Source: Candidatus Aenigmatarchaeota archaeon (GTDB lineage: Archaea; Aenigmatarchaeota; Aenigmatarchaeia; CG10238-14; SpSt-28). Taken from it: 61,445 nucleotides of DNA. Below the pieces are notes generated by a model. That model did no database searches. It was not told the origin of the DNA and was given only the letters and a program-made list of their open reading frames with translations. The DNA is taken from positions 1-61,445 of the forward strand of contig JAJHRL010000001.1 in the NCBI GenBank assembly GCA_020832825.1. Direction: 5' to 3'. Positions 43,224 to 55,333 of this stretch are shown one piece after another. Position 1 is the stretch's first letter; the number at the start of each line of letters is the position of its first letter. A program made the position numbers and the translations under genes.

Positions 43224-44495
43224 TTACTTTGCTTTTACGACATCCAAAACTACTCCGGCAGCTACTGTAATTCCCATATCTCTTATTGCAAATTTTCCTA
43301 ATGCTGGGAACTCGGATTGCTTTTCTACAACGGTTGGTCTAGTTGGTACTATTCTGACCTTAGCTGCATCTCCTGTCTTCAAAAACTCTGGATGTTCTTG
43401 AATCACTTGACCGGTTCTTGGATCTATCTTAGCTATTATTTCCTCGATTCTAGCTGCAACTGTTGCTGTATGGATGTGAAGTACTGGCGTATATCCGGGA
43501 GCTATTACAGTAGGATGTTGTAGCACTATTATCTGTGCTGTAAACTCTTTAGCAACCGTTGGAGGATTATTAGGATGACCGGCTACATCTCCCCTTCTGA
43601 TATCAGTTTTACTTATTCCTCTCACATTGAATCCAATGTTATCGCCCGGCATTGCTTGCTGTATTGGTTGATGATGCATTTCTATCGACTTAACTTCTCC
43701 TTTAACTCCACTTGGCTCAAACACAACAACATCGTTAACTTTCAGAATACCACTTTCTACTTTACCAACAGGAACTGTACCAACGCCAGTAATTGAATAA
43801 ACATCTTGTATTGGTATTCGTAATGGTTTATCTACAGGTCTTGGTGGTACTTGTAAAGAATCTAATGCTTCAACTAAGGTAGGTCCACTGTACCATGGCA
43901 TCTTATCGCTTCTTTTTGTGATGTTTTCACCAAATTGAGCGGCAACAGGAATAAAAGGTATCTTATCTACGTTATATCCAATACTTTTTAGAAGTTTACT
44001 TGTTTCTTCCTTAAGTTTTTCATACACTTCTTTTTTGTATCCGGCTAAATCCATCTTGGAAATGGCAACAATTATTTGGTTAATTCCTAAAACTCTTGCT
44101 AGGAATGCATGTTCTTTAGTTTGCTCCTGAACACCTTCTCCAGGCCTAGCAGAAACAACTAATATTGCTGCATCTGCTTGAGAAGCTCCTGTAATCATGT
44201 TTTTTACGAAATCTCTGTGACCAGGAGCATCAATAATTGTAAAGAAGTATTTTTGAGTCTCGAAAGGTCTATGCATAATGTCTATAGTCATTCCTCTCAT
44301 TCTTTCTTCTTTTTCTCTATCCACAATGTAAGCGAATTCTCCACCTTCTATCTTAAATTCCTTAGCTAATTCCTGGAGCTTCTTTAACTCTTCCTCCCTA
44401 ACTGCACCACTTTCGTACAACAATCTACCTATTATGGTTGATTTTCCATGATCTACATGTCCAATTACTACCAGATTTAAGTGAGGTTTTGCCAT
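43224..44495 (-). CDS. tuf: Elongation factor 1-alpha
   Basis: [21 protein letters not shown]-like SKMD. Confidence 0.97.
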   Translation of the reverse strand: MAKPHLNLVVIGHVDHGKSTIIGRLLYESGAVREEELKKLQELAKEFKIEGGEFAYIVDREKEERMRGMTIDIMHRPFETQKYFFTIIDAPGHRDFVKNMITGASQADAAILVVSARPGEGVQEQTKEHAFLARVLGINQIIVAISKMDLAGYKKEVYEKLKEETSKLLKSIGYNVDKIPFIPVAAQFGENITKRSDKMPWYSGPTLVEALDSLQVPPRPVDKPLRIPIQDVYSITGVGTVPVGKVESGILKVNDVVVFEPSGVKGEVKSIEMHHQPIQQAMPGDNIGFNVRGISKTDIRRGDVAGHPNNPPTVAKEFTAQIIVLQHPTVIAPGYTPVLHIHTATVAARIEEIIAKIDPRTGQVIQEHPEFLKTGDAAKVRIVPTRPTVVEKQSEFPALGKFAIRDMGITVAAGVVLDVVKAK

Positions 44496-44555
44496 TTTTC
44501 TCCCTCCTTACTTTTGCTTTTACAATTTAAATAGTTGTCTTGAACATTTAAAAGT

Positions 44556-46763
44556 TTAAGCAAGAGCTTGAGTTTCTGGTTTTGGAATTTCTTCGGGTAA
44601 TCCTTTCCTTTTCCTTATGGATTTAATGGTATACTCTTTTAGTTCATCAGGCAATCTCTCAAACACAATATCAACAAGACTATAAAATCCTCTACCACTA
44701 GTTAAAGATTTCAACTTCGCATCAAATCCGAAGAGCTCTGATACTGGAATTTTAGCTATTATAATCATAGTCTCTCCCTCCTCTTTCATTTCCAAAATAC
44801 TTCCTCTTCTATTCTCTATCTCTCTTGAAACAACACCCATGCTCTCATTTGGGATATCAACTCTCAGTATCTGTTTCGGTTCATAAAGCACAGCACCTGC
44901 TAGCAGCATTGCTTGTCTTATAGCATATCTTACTGCTGGCATTATTTGACCAGGACCTCTATGTACAGGATCTTCGTGCAATTCAGCATCTACTAGTTTT
45001 ACTTTGAGTTTCATGCAAGGCTCTCTTGCTAATGGTCCATCATCCATGACTTCTTTAAATGCATCTTTAATCATTTCTATTGCTTCAACTAAAAATTGAA
45101 CTCCTTTCGTTTGATCTATGAAAACGTTTTTGTTGTAAATTAGGAGAACATTTCTTGCTTCTTCTCCTTTCATTCCAGCCTTTTCCAACTTTTGGAACAA
45201 TTCTAAATTCTTCTTCTTAACCTCCATTGTACTGGGAATTTCGCCCGATCTCATAGCTTCATAGACTCCATCTTCTAATGGTTCTACAATGAAATAAAGC
45301 TTGTTATGTTTGTTTGGTGATTTGCCTTCAACAACCGGGGAGGGTTTAAGTATTGTTTCTCTGTAAACAACGATAGGCGGAGATAACTCAACATCTATTC
45401 CCATATCCTTCAGCTTATGTTCTACTTTGATTTCCAAATGAAGTTCACCTAAACCAGAAACAAGATATTCTCCAGTTTCCTGATTGATTTTAACAACCAA
45501 AGTCGGGTCTTCCTTTCCAATTTTTCTCAAAGCCTCGACAAGCTTTGGTAGATCCATAGGATTCTTAGGTTCGATAGATTTGGTAACTACTGGTTCGAAA
45601 ATATGTTTTATTTCAGCAAAAGGTTCTATAGGATAGTCAGCATCGCATAACGTTTCACCGGTAAATGCTTCAGGTATTCCAACAATTGCAACAACATTCC
45701 CTGCTGTTACTTCATCAACAGGAATTCTATTTATTCCTTTATAAACAGCAACTTGCTGTACCTTTTCTCTCTTTCTCAAGTTAACTAAATAGATTTCCTT
45801 TCCTTTAAATATTTTCCCAGAGAAAATTCGCGCAGTTGCTACAAAACCAACGTGTTCGTCAGGAACCATTTTAGTTACTATTGCTGCAAGCTTCCCATTG
45901 GCATCGCAAGCCAACATTTGCCTGCCTATTTCACTTTCAATATCCCCTTTCCAAATTTTTGGAACTCTATACTTTTGAGCTTCTAAAGGAGATGGTAAGT
46001 GTCTAACAATCATATCCAATACGACTCTATGCAGTGGTGCTTTTTTCGCAAGTTCGTCTTCCCTTCCTTCTAAAGTTAATTGAATGACTTCCTTCAATGT
46101 TACTCCAGTCTTCTGAAGAAATGGAATGGATATTGCCCATCTTTTCAATGCACTACCAATTGCTACGCTTCCATCTTTTACACTTACATACCATTTTCCT
46201 TTGAACTCGGGTGGACAGTACTTCTCGATCAAAGCATTGACATCTTTAATTATTCTTTCAAATCTTTCCATCATTTGTTCTGGAGTTAGTTTTAACTCTT
46301 TTATCAGTCTATCAGTTTTATTAATAAATAATACTGGCTTAACATACTCTCTTAAAGCCTGTCTAAATACAGTTTCGGTTTGGGGCATTATTCCCTCTAC
46401 TGCATCTACTAAAACTATTGTACCGTCTGCAGCTCTCATAGCTTTTGTAACGTCGCCACCAAAATCTACGTGACCAGGAGTATCTAGCAAATTTATCAAA
46501 TAGTCTTGGCCTTCATATTCGTGTACCATGCTAACGTTTGCTCCATAAACAGTCAATTGTCTCTTTCTTTCCTCCGGATCAAACCAAGTATACATTACTT
46601 TACCGGCCATCTCTTCTGCGAGCATTCCTGCACCAGCCATTAGGTTGTCAGTCAAAGTTGTTTTTCCATGGTGAACATGAGAACTAGTAGCAACGTTTCT
46701 TATTCTCTCCGGATGTTGCATACATTCTTTGATTCTTTCAATCATCTCTTTTTTCATACTCAT
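44556..46763 (-). CDS. fusA: Elongation factor 2
   Basis: HVHHGKTTLTD, DTPGHVDF, and the diphthamide loop HEDPVHRGPGQ. Confidence 0.97.
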   Translation of the reverse strand: MSMKKEMIERIKECMQHPERIRNVATSSHVHHGKTTLTDNLMAGAGMLAEEMAGKVMYTWFDPEERKRQLTVYGANVSMVHEYEGQDYLINLLDTPGHVDFGGDVTKAMRAADGTIVLVDAVEGIMPQTETVFRQALREYVKPVLFINKTDRLIKELKLTPEQMMERFERIIKDVNALIEKYCPPEFKGKWYVSVKDGSVAIGSALKRWAISIPFLQKTGVTLKEVIQLTLEGREDELAKKAPLHRVVLDMIVRHLPSPLEAQKYRVPKIWKGDIESEIGRQMLACDANGKLAAIVTKMVPDEHVGFVATARIFSGKIFKGKEIYLVNLRKREKVQQVAVYKGINRIPVDEVTAGNVVAIVGIPEAFTGETLCDADYPIEPFAEIKHIFEPVVTKSIEPKNPMDLPKLVEALRKIGKEDPTLVVKINQETGEYLVSGLGELHLEIKVEHKLKDMGIDVELSPPIVVYRETILKPSPVVEGKSPNKHNKLYFIVEPLEDGVYEAMRSGEIPSTMEVKKKNLELFQKLEKAGMKGEEARNVLLIYNKNVFIDQTKGVQFLVEAIEMIKDAFKEVMDDGPLAREPCMKLKVKLVDAELHEDPVHRGPGQIMPAVRYAIRQAMLLAGAVLYEPKQILRVDIPNESMGVVSREIENRRGSILEMKEEGETMIIIAKIPVSELFGFDAKLKSLTSGRGFYSLVDIVFERLPDELKEYTIKSIRKRKGLPEEIPKPETQALA

Positions 46764-46796
46764 AAATATCCACCTCTCTCTTAAAAATAATCAAAT

Positions 46797-47399
46797 TTAT
46801 CTTGCTCCTTCTGCTTCTTTTTCTATTCTCTCTTTTTCTCTTATAGCTTCACTTTTTGTAGGATTGTTTTCATAAGCACCAATAATTTCTTCAACTAATG
46901 CATCAACCATATTTGCTTTTTTTCCAAAAGCCTTCCTATATGCCGCTTGTGCTATATGCCTTAAGGCTAAATCAACTCTTCTTTGGGGCGAGGTAACTAC
47001 AGCTTTTCTAACTATTATTCCACCAACTTGATAAGCAGCAATTTCTTCTCTGATTGCGGCATTTTCTATGGCTCTAACAAAAACTTCTAAAGGATTTTTC
47101 TTTGTAATTTCGTATATTTTATCAAACGCTTTTTCCACAATTTTATAAGTTGTTTGCCATCTCCCAACAACTCTCCCAGAAGTTAAAACATGTTTTTTAC
47201 CTTTATGGCCAGGAACCATTAGATGTGTAATAAGTCTTTCAACAATATTCATTTTTGACTTATGAAATTGATACTTAGCATGTCTTCCACAAGATTTTGG
47301 AATTATTTTTGGAGTTAGGTTAATATATCTTTCTAAACCTTTATCCAAAACCTTCACATCATAAGGCCATTTGCCAAACAACTTTATTTCCTCACTCAT
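46797..47399 (-). CDS. rps7: Ribosomal protein S7
   Basis: Archaeal S7/S5e pattern (..LMV.G...GKK.., AIENAAIREE..). Confidence 0.93.
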   Translation of the reverse strand: MSEEIKLFGKWPYDVKVLDKGLERYINLTPKIIPKSCGRHAKYQFHKSKMNIVERLITHLMVPGHKGKKHVLTSGRVVGRWQTTYKIVEKAFDKIYEITKKNPLEVFVRAIENAAIREEIAAYQVGGIIVRKAVVTSPQRRVDLALRHIAQAAYRKAFGKKANMVDALVEEIIGAYENNPTKSEAIREKERIEKEAEGAR

Positions 47400-47404
47400 A
47401 AGCT

Positions 47405-47827
47405 CTACCTAGCAGGTTTTTGTTTTTTACCTTTAAGAATTTCACTCAATGCAACTCCATTAACAGCTATGACCCTGTACTTTATACCAACCATACTGCC
47501 TTTTGATCCTCCTTGGCCTCCACCAACCTTTTCTATAAGCACTTCATCATGTTCACTAATCTTATCAATTGCTCCAACTCCGGGAACATGAGCAGTAACT
47601 TGGATATTATTTTTAATCAATTGGACTCTAACACATTTTGTTAAACCAGATGCAGGTTTTCTCTGTTCGACTGCTCTCTTTTCTATTACTATACCTCTTG
47701 CCATTGGAGCTCCTTCCAATGGGTCTTTTTTCCAAAGTTGTAAAACTCTTCTTTTATACGATTGGCTAGACCATCTAAACTTTTTCCTTCTTTGTTTCAA
47801 TTTTCTTCCAGCAAATTCACCTGGCAT
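47405..47827 (-). CDS. rps12: Ribosomal protein S12
   Basis: [27 protein letters not shown]. Confidence 0.95.
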   Translation of the reverse strand: MPGEFAGRKLKQRRKKFRWSSQSYKRRVLQLWKKDPLEGAPMARGIVIEKRAVEQRKPASGLTKCVRVQLIKNNIQVTAHVPGVGAIDKISEHDEVLIEKVGGGQGGSKGSMVGIKYRVIAVNGVALSEILKGKKQKPAR

Positions 47828-48240
47828 TACTTTATCACCAGGTTATCAATGTTATAATTTCTCTTTAAAAACTGTCTTAAGGCTTTTATATTTTTACCGT
47901 CCTTTCCTATGGCTAAGCTCTTAAACGCATTTTCCACACTGATTTCTATCGTGGTTTTCTCTTTTTCGTTTCTAATTCTTATCTCCCTTATTCCTTTTAC
48001 GCTATTTTTTAAGAAAGTAGAAACATCTTTCGAATACTCGAAAATTATTATTTTCTTTTTTAACATTTTTTCTAAGCTTTTCAAAATATAGCCATTCTCC
48101 CCAACTTTTTTCAGTTCCCCTTCTCTTGCGAGTATATAAATTCTATCATCCATTATGATACAATCTTTCACATTAATCTGGCTTGCTGTTTCGAAAAGAT
48201 TGATAACTTTAATGGTTTCTGTATCAAGTATGAATGTCAT
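47827..48240 (-). CDS. nusA: Archaeal NusA-like transcription termination factor (two KH domains)
   Basis: [14 protein letters not shown] motif, in the conserved position between L30e and S12. The Met at 48240 overlaps the L30e stop (ATGA); the track ORF starts 16 codons upstream. Confidence 0.85.
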   Translation of the reverse strand: MTFILDTETIKVINLFETASQINVKDCIIMDDRIYILAREGELKKVGENGYILKSLEKMLKKKIIIFEYSKDVSTFLKNSVKGIREIRIRNEKEKTTIEISVENAFKSLAIGKDGKNIKALRQFLKRNYNIDNLVIK

Positions 48241-48494
48241 TGTTCCCCCTTTACTGCGAGTGTTGTTATTGGATGTGGCCTTCCACAAATAGTGCCCAAA
48301 TCTTTGCTACTTCCTTCAAATATTAAAACATTGACGTTGCTATTCATTATAACCTTTTTTATGTGCTCTGGTGCATTTTTAGCAATGATAACAGCTTCTG
48401 CTTTATTGTTCCTTATGTATTTTAGTGTCCTCCTAAATCCAAATACAATCTTATTCTCTCTTATCGCTTTCTTTATCATTTCTTCTATGCTCAT
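48237..48494 (-). CDS. rpl30e: Ribosomal protein L30e
   Basis: [28 protein letters not shown] pattern, in the conserved position after rpoA''. Confidence 0.9.
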   Translation of the reverse strand: MSIEEMIKKAIRENKIVFGFRRTLKYIRNNKAEAVIIAKNAPEHIKKVIMNSNVNVLIFEGSSKDLGTICGRPHPITTLAVKGEQ

Positions 48495-49581
48495 TTTCTT
48501 CTCCCCTCATTATTAACTCAAACATTCCTGTACCTACGGGAGCAGGCTGACCTACCATTACATTTTCGAATAAACCTTTAAACTCATCAACTTCATTCTT
48601 AATAGAGGCACGGATCAAATGCTTTATAGTTTCTTCAAATGCTGCCCTTGAGAGAACGGAAGCTTTAGCACCTGCAACGCCGTACCTTCCTATAGAGCTA
48701 ATCTCGCCACTCCATGTCATTACATCGGCTAACAACAGTAAATATCTTATATCTACATCTAGCCCTTGCTCCTGCATAGTTTTATATGCTTCTTTTACAA
48801 TAACGTTCCTTGCCGCTTCTATACCTAAGACCTCATAAACTTCGTAAATATCATTTGAGATAGTTTTACGTTCATTAACTTCCTCTAATTTCAAAACTTC
48901 TCTTAAATTGGAGCCTACTGTCTGTAGAACCCAATTCTCTCCCTCTTTTCTAATAATTGCTGCTGTTATACCTTCTATACCTTCAACGAGGATATTGCCA
49001 ACCTCTACTTTTAACTTTTGTAGATCAGAAAAACTTAGCTCCTCTTTCGGGCGGATAATAATTGAGTTCTCTTTTACCTTTACTTCCACTTTCCTTGCTA
49101 TATGCTCTTTAATTGCCTTCTTCACTTTTTCTAACTCTTTTTCCTCCCCTATCTCAACTATCAAAGTGTTCTCCCCTATGTCAATAGATATGGACTTTGC
49201 AACATCTTTTATTCTTCTCTCAACTATTTTAAAAGCAAGTCTTTCTGCGTCTTCTTTAGTGTTATACTCTTTCTTGAGATATACAGTCATCATAGGAGTT
49301 TCTATCTTCCTCTTTGCATCAAAGATTTCTATTAAGCGTGGCAGACCGAAAGTAACCTTGATGCCAGCGGCTCCAGCCAAATGATACGTTCTCATAGTTA
49401 GTTGAGTCGCAGGCTCGGAAATACTTTGGGCGGTTAAAATTCCTATAGCTTCTCCCGGTTCAAATCTGCTATTTAGATACACTCTTTCTACCTCTTTTTC
49501 TAGTCTTTTTCTTTCTTCCTCCCCAAGTTTTAACTCCTTTGCTACCTTGTCTATTTCCTCAACTATTTTCTTAGGAAGCAT
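48451..49581 (-). CDS. rpoA2: RNA polymerase subunit A''
   Basis: [17 protein letters not shown], and GQPAPVGTG near the C-terminus. ATG at 49581 is preceded by GGAGG (comp. 49589-49593); the track uses a TTG at 49599. Confidence 0.95.
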   Translation of the reverse strand: MLPKKIVEEIDKVAKELKLGEEERKRLEKEVERVYLNSRFEPGEAIGILTAQSISEPATQLTMRTYHLAGAAGIKVTFGLPRLIEIFDAKRKIETPMMTVYLKKEYNTKEDAERLAFKIVERRIKDVAKSISIDIGENTLIVEIGEEKELEKVKKAIKEHIARKVEVKVKENSIIIRPKEELSFSDLQKLKVEVGNILVEGIEGITAAIIRKEGENWVLQTVGSNLREVLKLEEVNERKTISNDIYEVYEVLGIEAARNVIVKEAYKTMQEQGLDVDIRYLLLLADVMTWSGEISSIGRYGVAGAKASVLSRAAFEETIKHLIRASIKNEVDEFKGLFENVMVGQPAPVGTGMFELIMRGEENEHRRNDKESDKRE

Positions 49582-52500
49582 AAAACAACCTCCTTGCAAT
49601 TTCTCTTACGTTTATTCCTTCTCTAGTAATTTTAGAGGGATCTAAACCATCTTCGCATGGAAGGAATTGAATTATTCTATTGGCCGCATCTCTTACTGTA
49701 CCATCGTACGCAACTTTCAAATCTTGTAATGCGCCTATAAGCCTTCTCTCCATGTATCCAGAATGTCTAGTTTTAAGACTTTTATCCATTAGACTTTCTC
49801 TGGAATTCATGCTATCAAAGAAAAATTCAAACACATTTAAACCATCTCTAAACCCACGTGCAACAAATCCTTTCGAAGCTAGACTTCTGTCATCTCTTTT
49901 GAAGTGCGGGAAGGTTCGTTTGTAATATCCTCTTTCTATTCTTTCTCCCATTATCATTTCTTGGCCTATCAGCCCGACAATTTGCAAAAGATTAATAAGA
50001 CTGCCTCTTGCACCACATTTAACCATGTCTAGTGCAAACGACTGCTTTATGCCTTTCTCTATTACGCTCATGCTTTCGTTTAAGCATCTCGCTATTCTTT
50101 CTTTTATCATGTTTTCAAGGGTCTCTTCGGTAGTTCTTCCTACCATCGGTAAAAGTTCGCCTTTATTAAATTTTTCAATCATCTCGTTTACATCTTTCTC
50201 AGTTTTCTTAATAATTTTTGCTATTTCCTCTTTTACTATCGGATCTACATCCAAGTCAGAAATACCAAGCGTAAATCCTTTCATATCGAGGTAGTTAATT
50301 CCTAGCAATCCAATTTTGTAGATGAAGTCTTTTACAAATTCCCTTCCGTAGTTTTTCTCAAGCTTATCGAGAATCTTGCCGCCTTCGGCGCCTATTCCGT
50401 TCTTTTCTATTTCACCCTGGATAAGCATACCATTTTCAATTTTCACAATACCAGTCTTTCCTTTATATTCTATAGAGAAATCTTTTGGCAAAAATAGGCT
50501 GAATATTTCTTTTCCGCTGAATTCTTGTTTTTCTGGGATTTGAATTTCGGTATCCACACTTCTTATAAGTCTGATAGCATCTTTCCTATTAATTTTAGTG
50601 TCATCTTTCGTTAACAAGTAAAGGCCTGTAATCTCATCTCTTATTGGTCCTATTATTGGTGCGGAGTATCTTGGACTTCTTATGTTTTTCTCAACAACAG
50701 CAAGAAGTTCAGCTTCAGCTCTCGCCTCTTCCGTTTGAGGTACGTGAAGATTCATTTCATCTCCGTCAAAATCAGCATTGTAAGGGGGACACACCGCAAC
50801 ATTTAAACGAAATGTTAAAAATGGCATTACTCTTACTTTGTGTGTCATCATACTCATTCTATGAAGGCTTGGTTGTCTATTGAAAAGAACGGGATCACCA
50901 TCTATCAAGTGTCTTTCAACAATGTAGCCTACGCTTAACTCTTTTGCTATTTCCTCCTTATTAGTTTCTAGTATTCTCTTTCTTTTACCATCAGGTCTAA
51001 TCACGTAGTTTGCCCCAGGCCAAACTGTCGGACCGTTTAATACGAACTTTCTTAACTCTTCTATGTTTCTTTCGTCTACTCTAACTGGAATAGTTAAATC
51101 TTTTGCTACAACCTCTGGAACACCGACTTCATTGATTGCAATTCTAGGATCAGGTGAGATAACAGTTCTTGCGCAGAAATTAACTCTTTTTCCTAATAAG
51201 TTTCCTCTAAACCTTCCTTCTTTAGTTTTTAATCTTTGCGTTAAAGTTTTTAGCACTCTTCCAGATCTATGTCTGGCAGGAGGAACTCCAGTTAATTCGT
51301 TATCAAAATAAGTCGCAACATGATATTGTAAGAGTTCCCAAAGATCGTTAAGTAAAAATTCTGGCGCCCCCAATTCTAAGTTCTCTTTAAACCTATCGTT
51401 TATTCTAACAATTTCAACTAGTTTATGAGTTAAATCATCTTCACTTCTTTCTCCTGTTTCTAGTGTTATAGAAGGTCTCACTGTTACTGGTGGTATGGGT
51501 AGAACGGTAATAACAAGCCATTCCGGTCTTATCTTTAGATTTAAAATCTTCAAATCCTCATCAGGAATTTTTTCTAGTCTTTCTCTCACGTCAGCAGGAG
51601 TTAGTACTTTGTTTCCTTCTACAAATGTATATGGTTTAACAAATTTTATTTCCTTCTGCTCAGTCTTGCAATATGGACACTTCTTCAATGCAATTTTTTC
51701 GATTTCTTTCCAGGATATTTTCTCTTTTTTTCTTGCTTCCTCATCTATGAGCAATCTTCCACATTTTCTACATGTTATCTTTAGTAAGAAATGTATAAAC
51801 TTCGTATAATGAGGATGAATTACAGGCTTAACTAATTCTAAATGACCAAAATGGCCAGGACATTCTCCAACGCTAGCGCCACAAACTCTACATCTTATTC
51901 CAGGTTCGACTGTTCCAAGTCGCGGGTCCATTACTCCGCCTTCGATTGGGTATCCTTCTTCATCATAAATATCTATCTTGGTTATGCTTGCAAACGACAT
52001 TTTTCTTATAGTTTCCGGATCGAGAATGCTAAATTCAATTTTGCTGATTTTGCCTTCTTCATTTATAACAAGCTTAGGATAAATGAGTAAACTTTTTAAT
52101 TCATCAAGCATAAGCTTGAAAGCATGGCTCATTTCTACATCGATTATTTCTGCATCATCTTTACAAATAGGGCAAAAGTATCTATTTTTAATTTTATCAT
52201 GGACTGCTATCATTCCACATCTATTGCATACAGGTAAGACAATTTTGTCTGAATCAAACCTTTCTTTAAGAGCTAACACAGCACCATGGGCCAACAAACA
52301 ATCTTTTTCCATCTCTCCAAGTCTTAAACCCCCCTCTTTACTTCTTCCTTCTGTAGGCTGTCTAGTTAGGAGAGTTACAGGGCCCCTAGCTCTTGACTGA
52401 AGTTTATTAGAAACAAGATGATCAAGCTTCATATAGAATGAACAACCTATAAATATCTTCGCTTCGAATTTCCTTCCAGTTTTCCCATCGTACATAACCT

Positions 52501-53854
52501 CTTTTCCACTCTCTTCAAATCCCAATCTCTTTAATGCTTCTCTTAACTCTTTCTCGTTGGTTGGATTAAAAGCAGGAGCTTTAATATACCTAGCTGAAAT
52601 AGCAGCAACCTTACCTGCTAAAATTTCTAGAAGTTGTCCTACTGTCATTCTGGAAGGTAGTCCATGAGGATTAAAAATAATATCAGGAACTATACCACTT
52701 TCCGTAAATGGCATGTCTTCATGCGGAACAAGTAAGCCAACAACTCCTTTTTGGCCATGACGTGATGCAAACTTATCACCAATTTCCGGTTTTTTCAAGT
52801 CTCTAACAACAACCTTCACAAGCTTCGTACCATCTGCAGTTTGCGTTAAATATACTCTATCAACTATTCCTTTATCTCCATGTCTTAGTCTTACCGAGGT
52901 CTCCCTTAGATTTTCTCCTGTTAAGAAAATATCCGCCTTGCCTAAGAAACGAAGTGGCGAAACTCTTCCGATAAGTACTTGGTCTGATTTAACCTCTGTC
53001 TCAGGGTTAACAATTCCATCTTCCGGCAGATGTTTATATTCGTCTTCGCCAGCATACCCTCTTATTCCAGGCTGAGGAATACCAATTACGTCTTCTTGCC
53101 CGCCAAGATATTTCTTTTCTTCAGCTTCATATGTTCTATACATGTAACTCCAAAACATTCCTCTTTCAATTGAAGATTTATTGATCACGATTGCATCCTC
53201 AATATTATAACCTTCGTAGGTTGTTACTGCGATAACAACGTTTGTACCATGTGGATAGTTTTCCGTCATTTCACAGATTTCATGAATATAAGCCTCTACT
53301 AATGGTCTTTGCGGATAGACTAAAATGTTAGATTTGCTATCAACCCTGTTTAAAAAATTGAGTGCATAAATCCCGATTGATTGATCTCCCATTTTCGCTC
53401 CATAGTTGACTCTATCTCCTCTGTTAAACTCAGGATATGGAACAAACTGCGCGGAAAACCCAAAAATTACGGCAGGGTCAATTTCTAAATGTGTATGTTC
53501 TTTAGTAACTTCTTCTGGTCTTGTTGCAATGTATGCGTTTTCTTCTTCTTCAGCATCAAGATATTCTATTATTCCATTCTTTATCAAATCCGAAAAAGAA
53601 ATTTCTCCCTTTTTCACCTTTTCAAGGATCTCATTTGTTAATTTAGGAACACCATTTTCTACAACTATCAACGGCCTTATTATTCTTCCTGCTGATGTTA
53701 GAATTCTTACCTCATTCAAATGTTCATGGTAAGCAACATTAACATAGTAAGGGATTTTACCCTCTCTTCTCATCTTCCTTACTTTTTCCACAAATTCTCT
53801 TGGGTTTTCCACGCTTCCAACAAGCTCTCCATCTATGAATACGCTAGCTTTCAT
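49571..53854 (-). CDS. rpoB1/rpoA1: RNA polymerase subunits B' and A' encoded as one continuous ORF (fusion)
   Basis: Residues 1 to ~597 are B' ([13 protein letters not shown], zinc ribbon [28 protein letters not shown]). Residues ~600-1427 are A' ([40 protein letters not shown]). There is no stop at the junction (comp. ~52055-52070). Confidence 0.9.
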   Translation of the reverse strand: MKASVFIDGELVGSVENPREFVEKVRKMRREGKIPYYVNVAYHEHLNEVRILTSAGRIIRPLIVVENGVPKLTNEILEKVKKGEISFSDLIKNGIIEYLDAEEEENAYIATRPEEVTKEHTHLEIDPAVIFGFSAQFVPYPEFNRGDRVNYGAKMGDQSIGIYALNFLNRVDSKSNILVYPQRPLVEAYIHEICEMTENYPHGTNVVIAVTTYEGYNIEDAIVINKSSIERGMFWSYMYRTYEAEEKKYLGGQEDVIGIPQPGIRGYAGEDEYKHLPEDGIVNPETEVKSDQVLIGRVSPLRFLGKADIFLTGENLRETSVRLRHGDKGIVDRVYLTQTADGTKLVKVVVRDLKKPEIGDKFASRHGQKGVVGLLVPHEDMPFTESGIVPDIIFNPHGLPSRMTVGQLLEILAGKVAAISARYIKAPAFNPTNEKELREALKRLGFEESGKEVMYDGKTGRKFEAKIFIGCSFYMKLDHLVSNKLQSRARGPVTLLTRQPTEGRSKEGGLRLGEMEKDCLLAHGAVLALKERFDSDKIVLPVCNRCGMIAVHDKIKNRYFCPICKDDAEIIDVEMSHAFKLMLDELKSLLIYPKLVINEEGKISKIEFSILDPETIRKMSFASITKIDIYDEEGYPIEGGVMDPRLGTVEPGIRCRVCGASVGECPGHFGHLELVKPVIHPHYTKFIHFLLKITCRKCGRLLIDEEARKKEKISWKEIEKIALKKCPYCKTEQKEIKFVKPYTFVEGNKVLTPADVRERLEKIPDEDLKILNLKIRPEWLVITVLPIPPVTVRPSITLETGERSEDDLTHKLVEIVRINDRFKENLELGAPEFLLNDLWELLQYHVATYFDNELTGVPPARHRSGRVLKTLTQRLKTKEGRFRGNLLGKRVNFCARTVISPDPRIAINEVGVPEVVAKDLTIPVRVDERNIEELRKFVLNGPTVWPGANYVIRPDGKRKRILETNKEEIAKELSVGYIVERHLIDGDPVLFNRQPSLHRMSMMTHKVRVMPFLTFRLNVAVCPPYNADFDGDEMNLHVPQTEEARAEAELLAVVEKNIRSPRYSAPIIGPIRDEITGLYLLTKDDTKINRKDAIRLIRSVDTEIQIPEKQEFSGKEIFSLFLPKDFSIEYKGKTGIVKIENGMLIQGEIEKNGIGAEGGKILDKLEKNYGREFVKDFIYKIGLLGINYLDMKGFTLGISDLDVDPIVKEEIAKIIKKTEKDVNEMIEKFNKGELLPMVGRTTEETLENMIKERIARCLNESMSVIEKGIKQSFALDMVKCGARGSLINLLQIVGLIGQEMIMGERIERGYYKRTFPHFKRDDRSLASKGFVARGFRDGLNVFEFFFDSMNSRESLMDKSLKTRHSGYMERRLIGALQDLKVAYDGTVRDAANRIIQFLPCEDGLDPSKITREGINVREIARRLFYAS

Positions 53855-55331
53855 TTTTAACCCCCAACATTTCCAGTATCGGCTTTATTTCTTTCCTATC
53901 AACTTTTGTTGTTATGGTTGCTGAGATGGCAAGATACTTTCTTAACCCTATGTTTGCTCCTTCTGGTGTTTGTGTAACGCACAACTTACCAAAGTGAGTA
54001 GGATGAAGCTCCCTTGCTTCAAAATGTTCTTGAGTAGAGGATAAAGGAGAAACCACATTTCTCATATGTGTGATTGTTTTATTCCAGCTACTTCTATCCA
54101 ACCTTTGTGTTACTCCTGTTCTCCCTCCTATCCAAGTTCCAACAGCCATAGCGGAAACAATCTGGTTAGTGAGAATAGCGTTTTCAACTACAGCCTGCAA
54201 GGGTGGTAATTTTCCCCTTCTCGTAAGTTTTTGATAATTATAGTTCATCCTTACTATCAATCCCCACTTTCCTAATAAGATTGATCTAAGCAACAATTCC
54301 AATAGATCGCCAGCCATTTTAATTCTTTTGTTAGCGTAATGATCTACGTCATCTTCTTCTATTCTTCCAAGATGAAGTTTCAAAAGCTTTTCAATGGCTT
54401 TAGCAATGAAAAGAGCTTTTGTTAATCTGTTTTCTGGTTCCTGACCCAAATGAGGCAATAAATACTTGTCTATCATTCTAATTGCCTGTTTCTTCCTTAC
54501 AGATTTCTGGGGAATGCGTAAATGTTTTCCTAACTCATCTATTGCTTCTTCCGCGTTTCTTATTGGATATTCAAGTATGTTGATTAAAAACAACTCCTGG
54601 ATTTCTTCATCTAAAGAAATAGCCTCCAATATTTCCTTATCCTTTTCTAAACCTAAAGCTTTCAAAATCACAACTATCGGAATTCTTAGCACGTTCGCAA
54701 AAGTTATATATATTTCCCCGCTTCTTTTCCTTTCTATTAAATGTTTTTGAACAAAACCCTCTTTCTCTGAGTGTATTCTTGCAATCTCAGGAATTGTTGG
54801 GTCATTTGTTTTCTCAACTATTATTCTATCGGTTGCAATTTCCTCAACTAGCATTAAGATTCGTTCAGTTCCATTAATTATGAAATAGCCGCCTGGATCA
54901 TCAGGATCCTCACCAGCCTGTATAAGTTCATTTCTACTCATCCTAGAAAGAGGACAGAATTTAGATTTTACCATTACGGGTAGATCCCCTATCTCAATCA
55001 TCATGGGTTTGCTTTCTATACCATTAAGTACTTGTGTCATTTCGACGTACATGGGAGCAGCGTATGTTAAATTTCTTATCCTTGCTTCCATAGGAAGAAT
55101 CTTTCTTATTGAACCATCAGCCTCCCTAACTCTTGGTTCACCTAATTCAAATTTTCCAAGCCTTATCTCTAGCTCTCCTATTTCTGGAATTTCAGGTTTT
55201 ATTTTCCCTATACTCTTGATAAGCCGTGGTAGTCTTCTCTCTACGAACTCGTTAAAAGATTCGATTTGAAAGTTGACAAGACCTTTCTCTTTCAAGTATG
55301 CTTTCATCAATATAGTAAATGCATTCTCCAT
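53844..55331 (-). CDS. rpoB2: RNA polymerase subunit B''
   Basis: The N-terminal half of subunit B (..GGYFIINGTERIL.., ..HPTHFGKLCVTQTPEGANIGL..). Overlaps the B' start by 11 nt. Confidence 0.95.
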   Translation of the reverse strand: MENAFTILMKAYLKEKGLVNFQIESFNEFVERRLPRLIKSIGKIKPEIPEIGELEIRLGKFELGEPRVREADGSIRKILPMEARIRNLTYAAPMYVEMTQVLNGIESKPMMIEIGDLPVMVKSKFCPLSRMSRNELIQAGEDPDDPGGYFIINGTERILMLVEEIATDRIIVEKTNDPTIPEIARIHSEKEGFVQKHLIERKRSGEIYITFANVLRIPIVVILKALGLEKDKEILEAISLDEEIQELFLINILEYPIRNAEEAIDELGKHLRIPQKSVRKKQAIRMIDKYLLPHLGQEPENRLTKALFIAKAIEKLLKLHLGRIEEDDVDHYANKRIKMAGDLLELLLRSILLGKWGLIVRMNYNYQKLTRRGKLPPLQAVVENAILTNQIVSAMAVGTWIGGRTGVTQRLDRSSWNKTITHMRNVVSPLSSTQEHFEARELHPTHFGKLCVTQTPEGANIGLRKYLAISATITTKVDRKEIKPILEMLGVKNES

Positions 55332-55333
55332 TT

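Noticed and set aside
43088-43270. 60-aa + ORF in the S10-EF1alpha spacer
   Set aside because: It lies antisense to the tuf 3' end and the S10 promoter region, with a basic low-complexity sequence and no support. The 197-bp spacer more likely holds the rps10 promoter.
49680-55269. Many + strand ORFs (60-158 aa) inside the rpoA''/B'A'/B'' genes
   Set aside because: All are antisense to unambiguous RNA polymerase coding sequence and have low-complexity composition.
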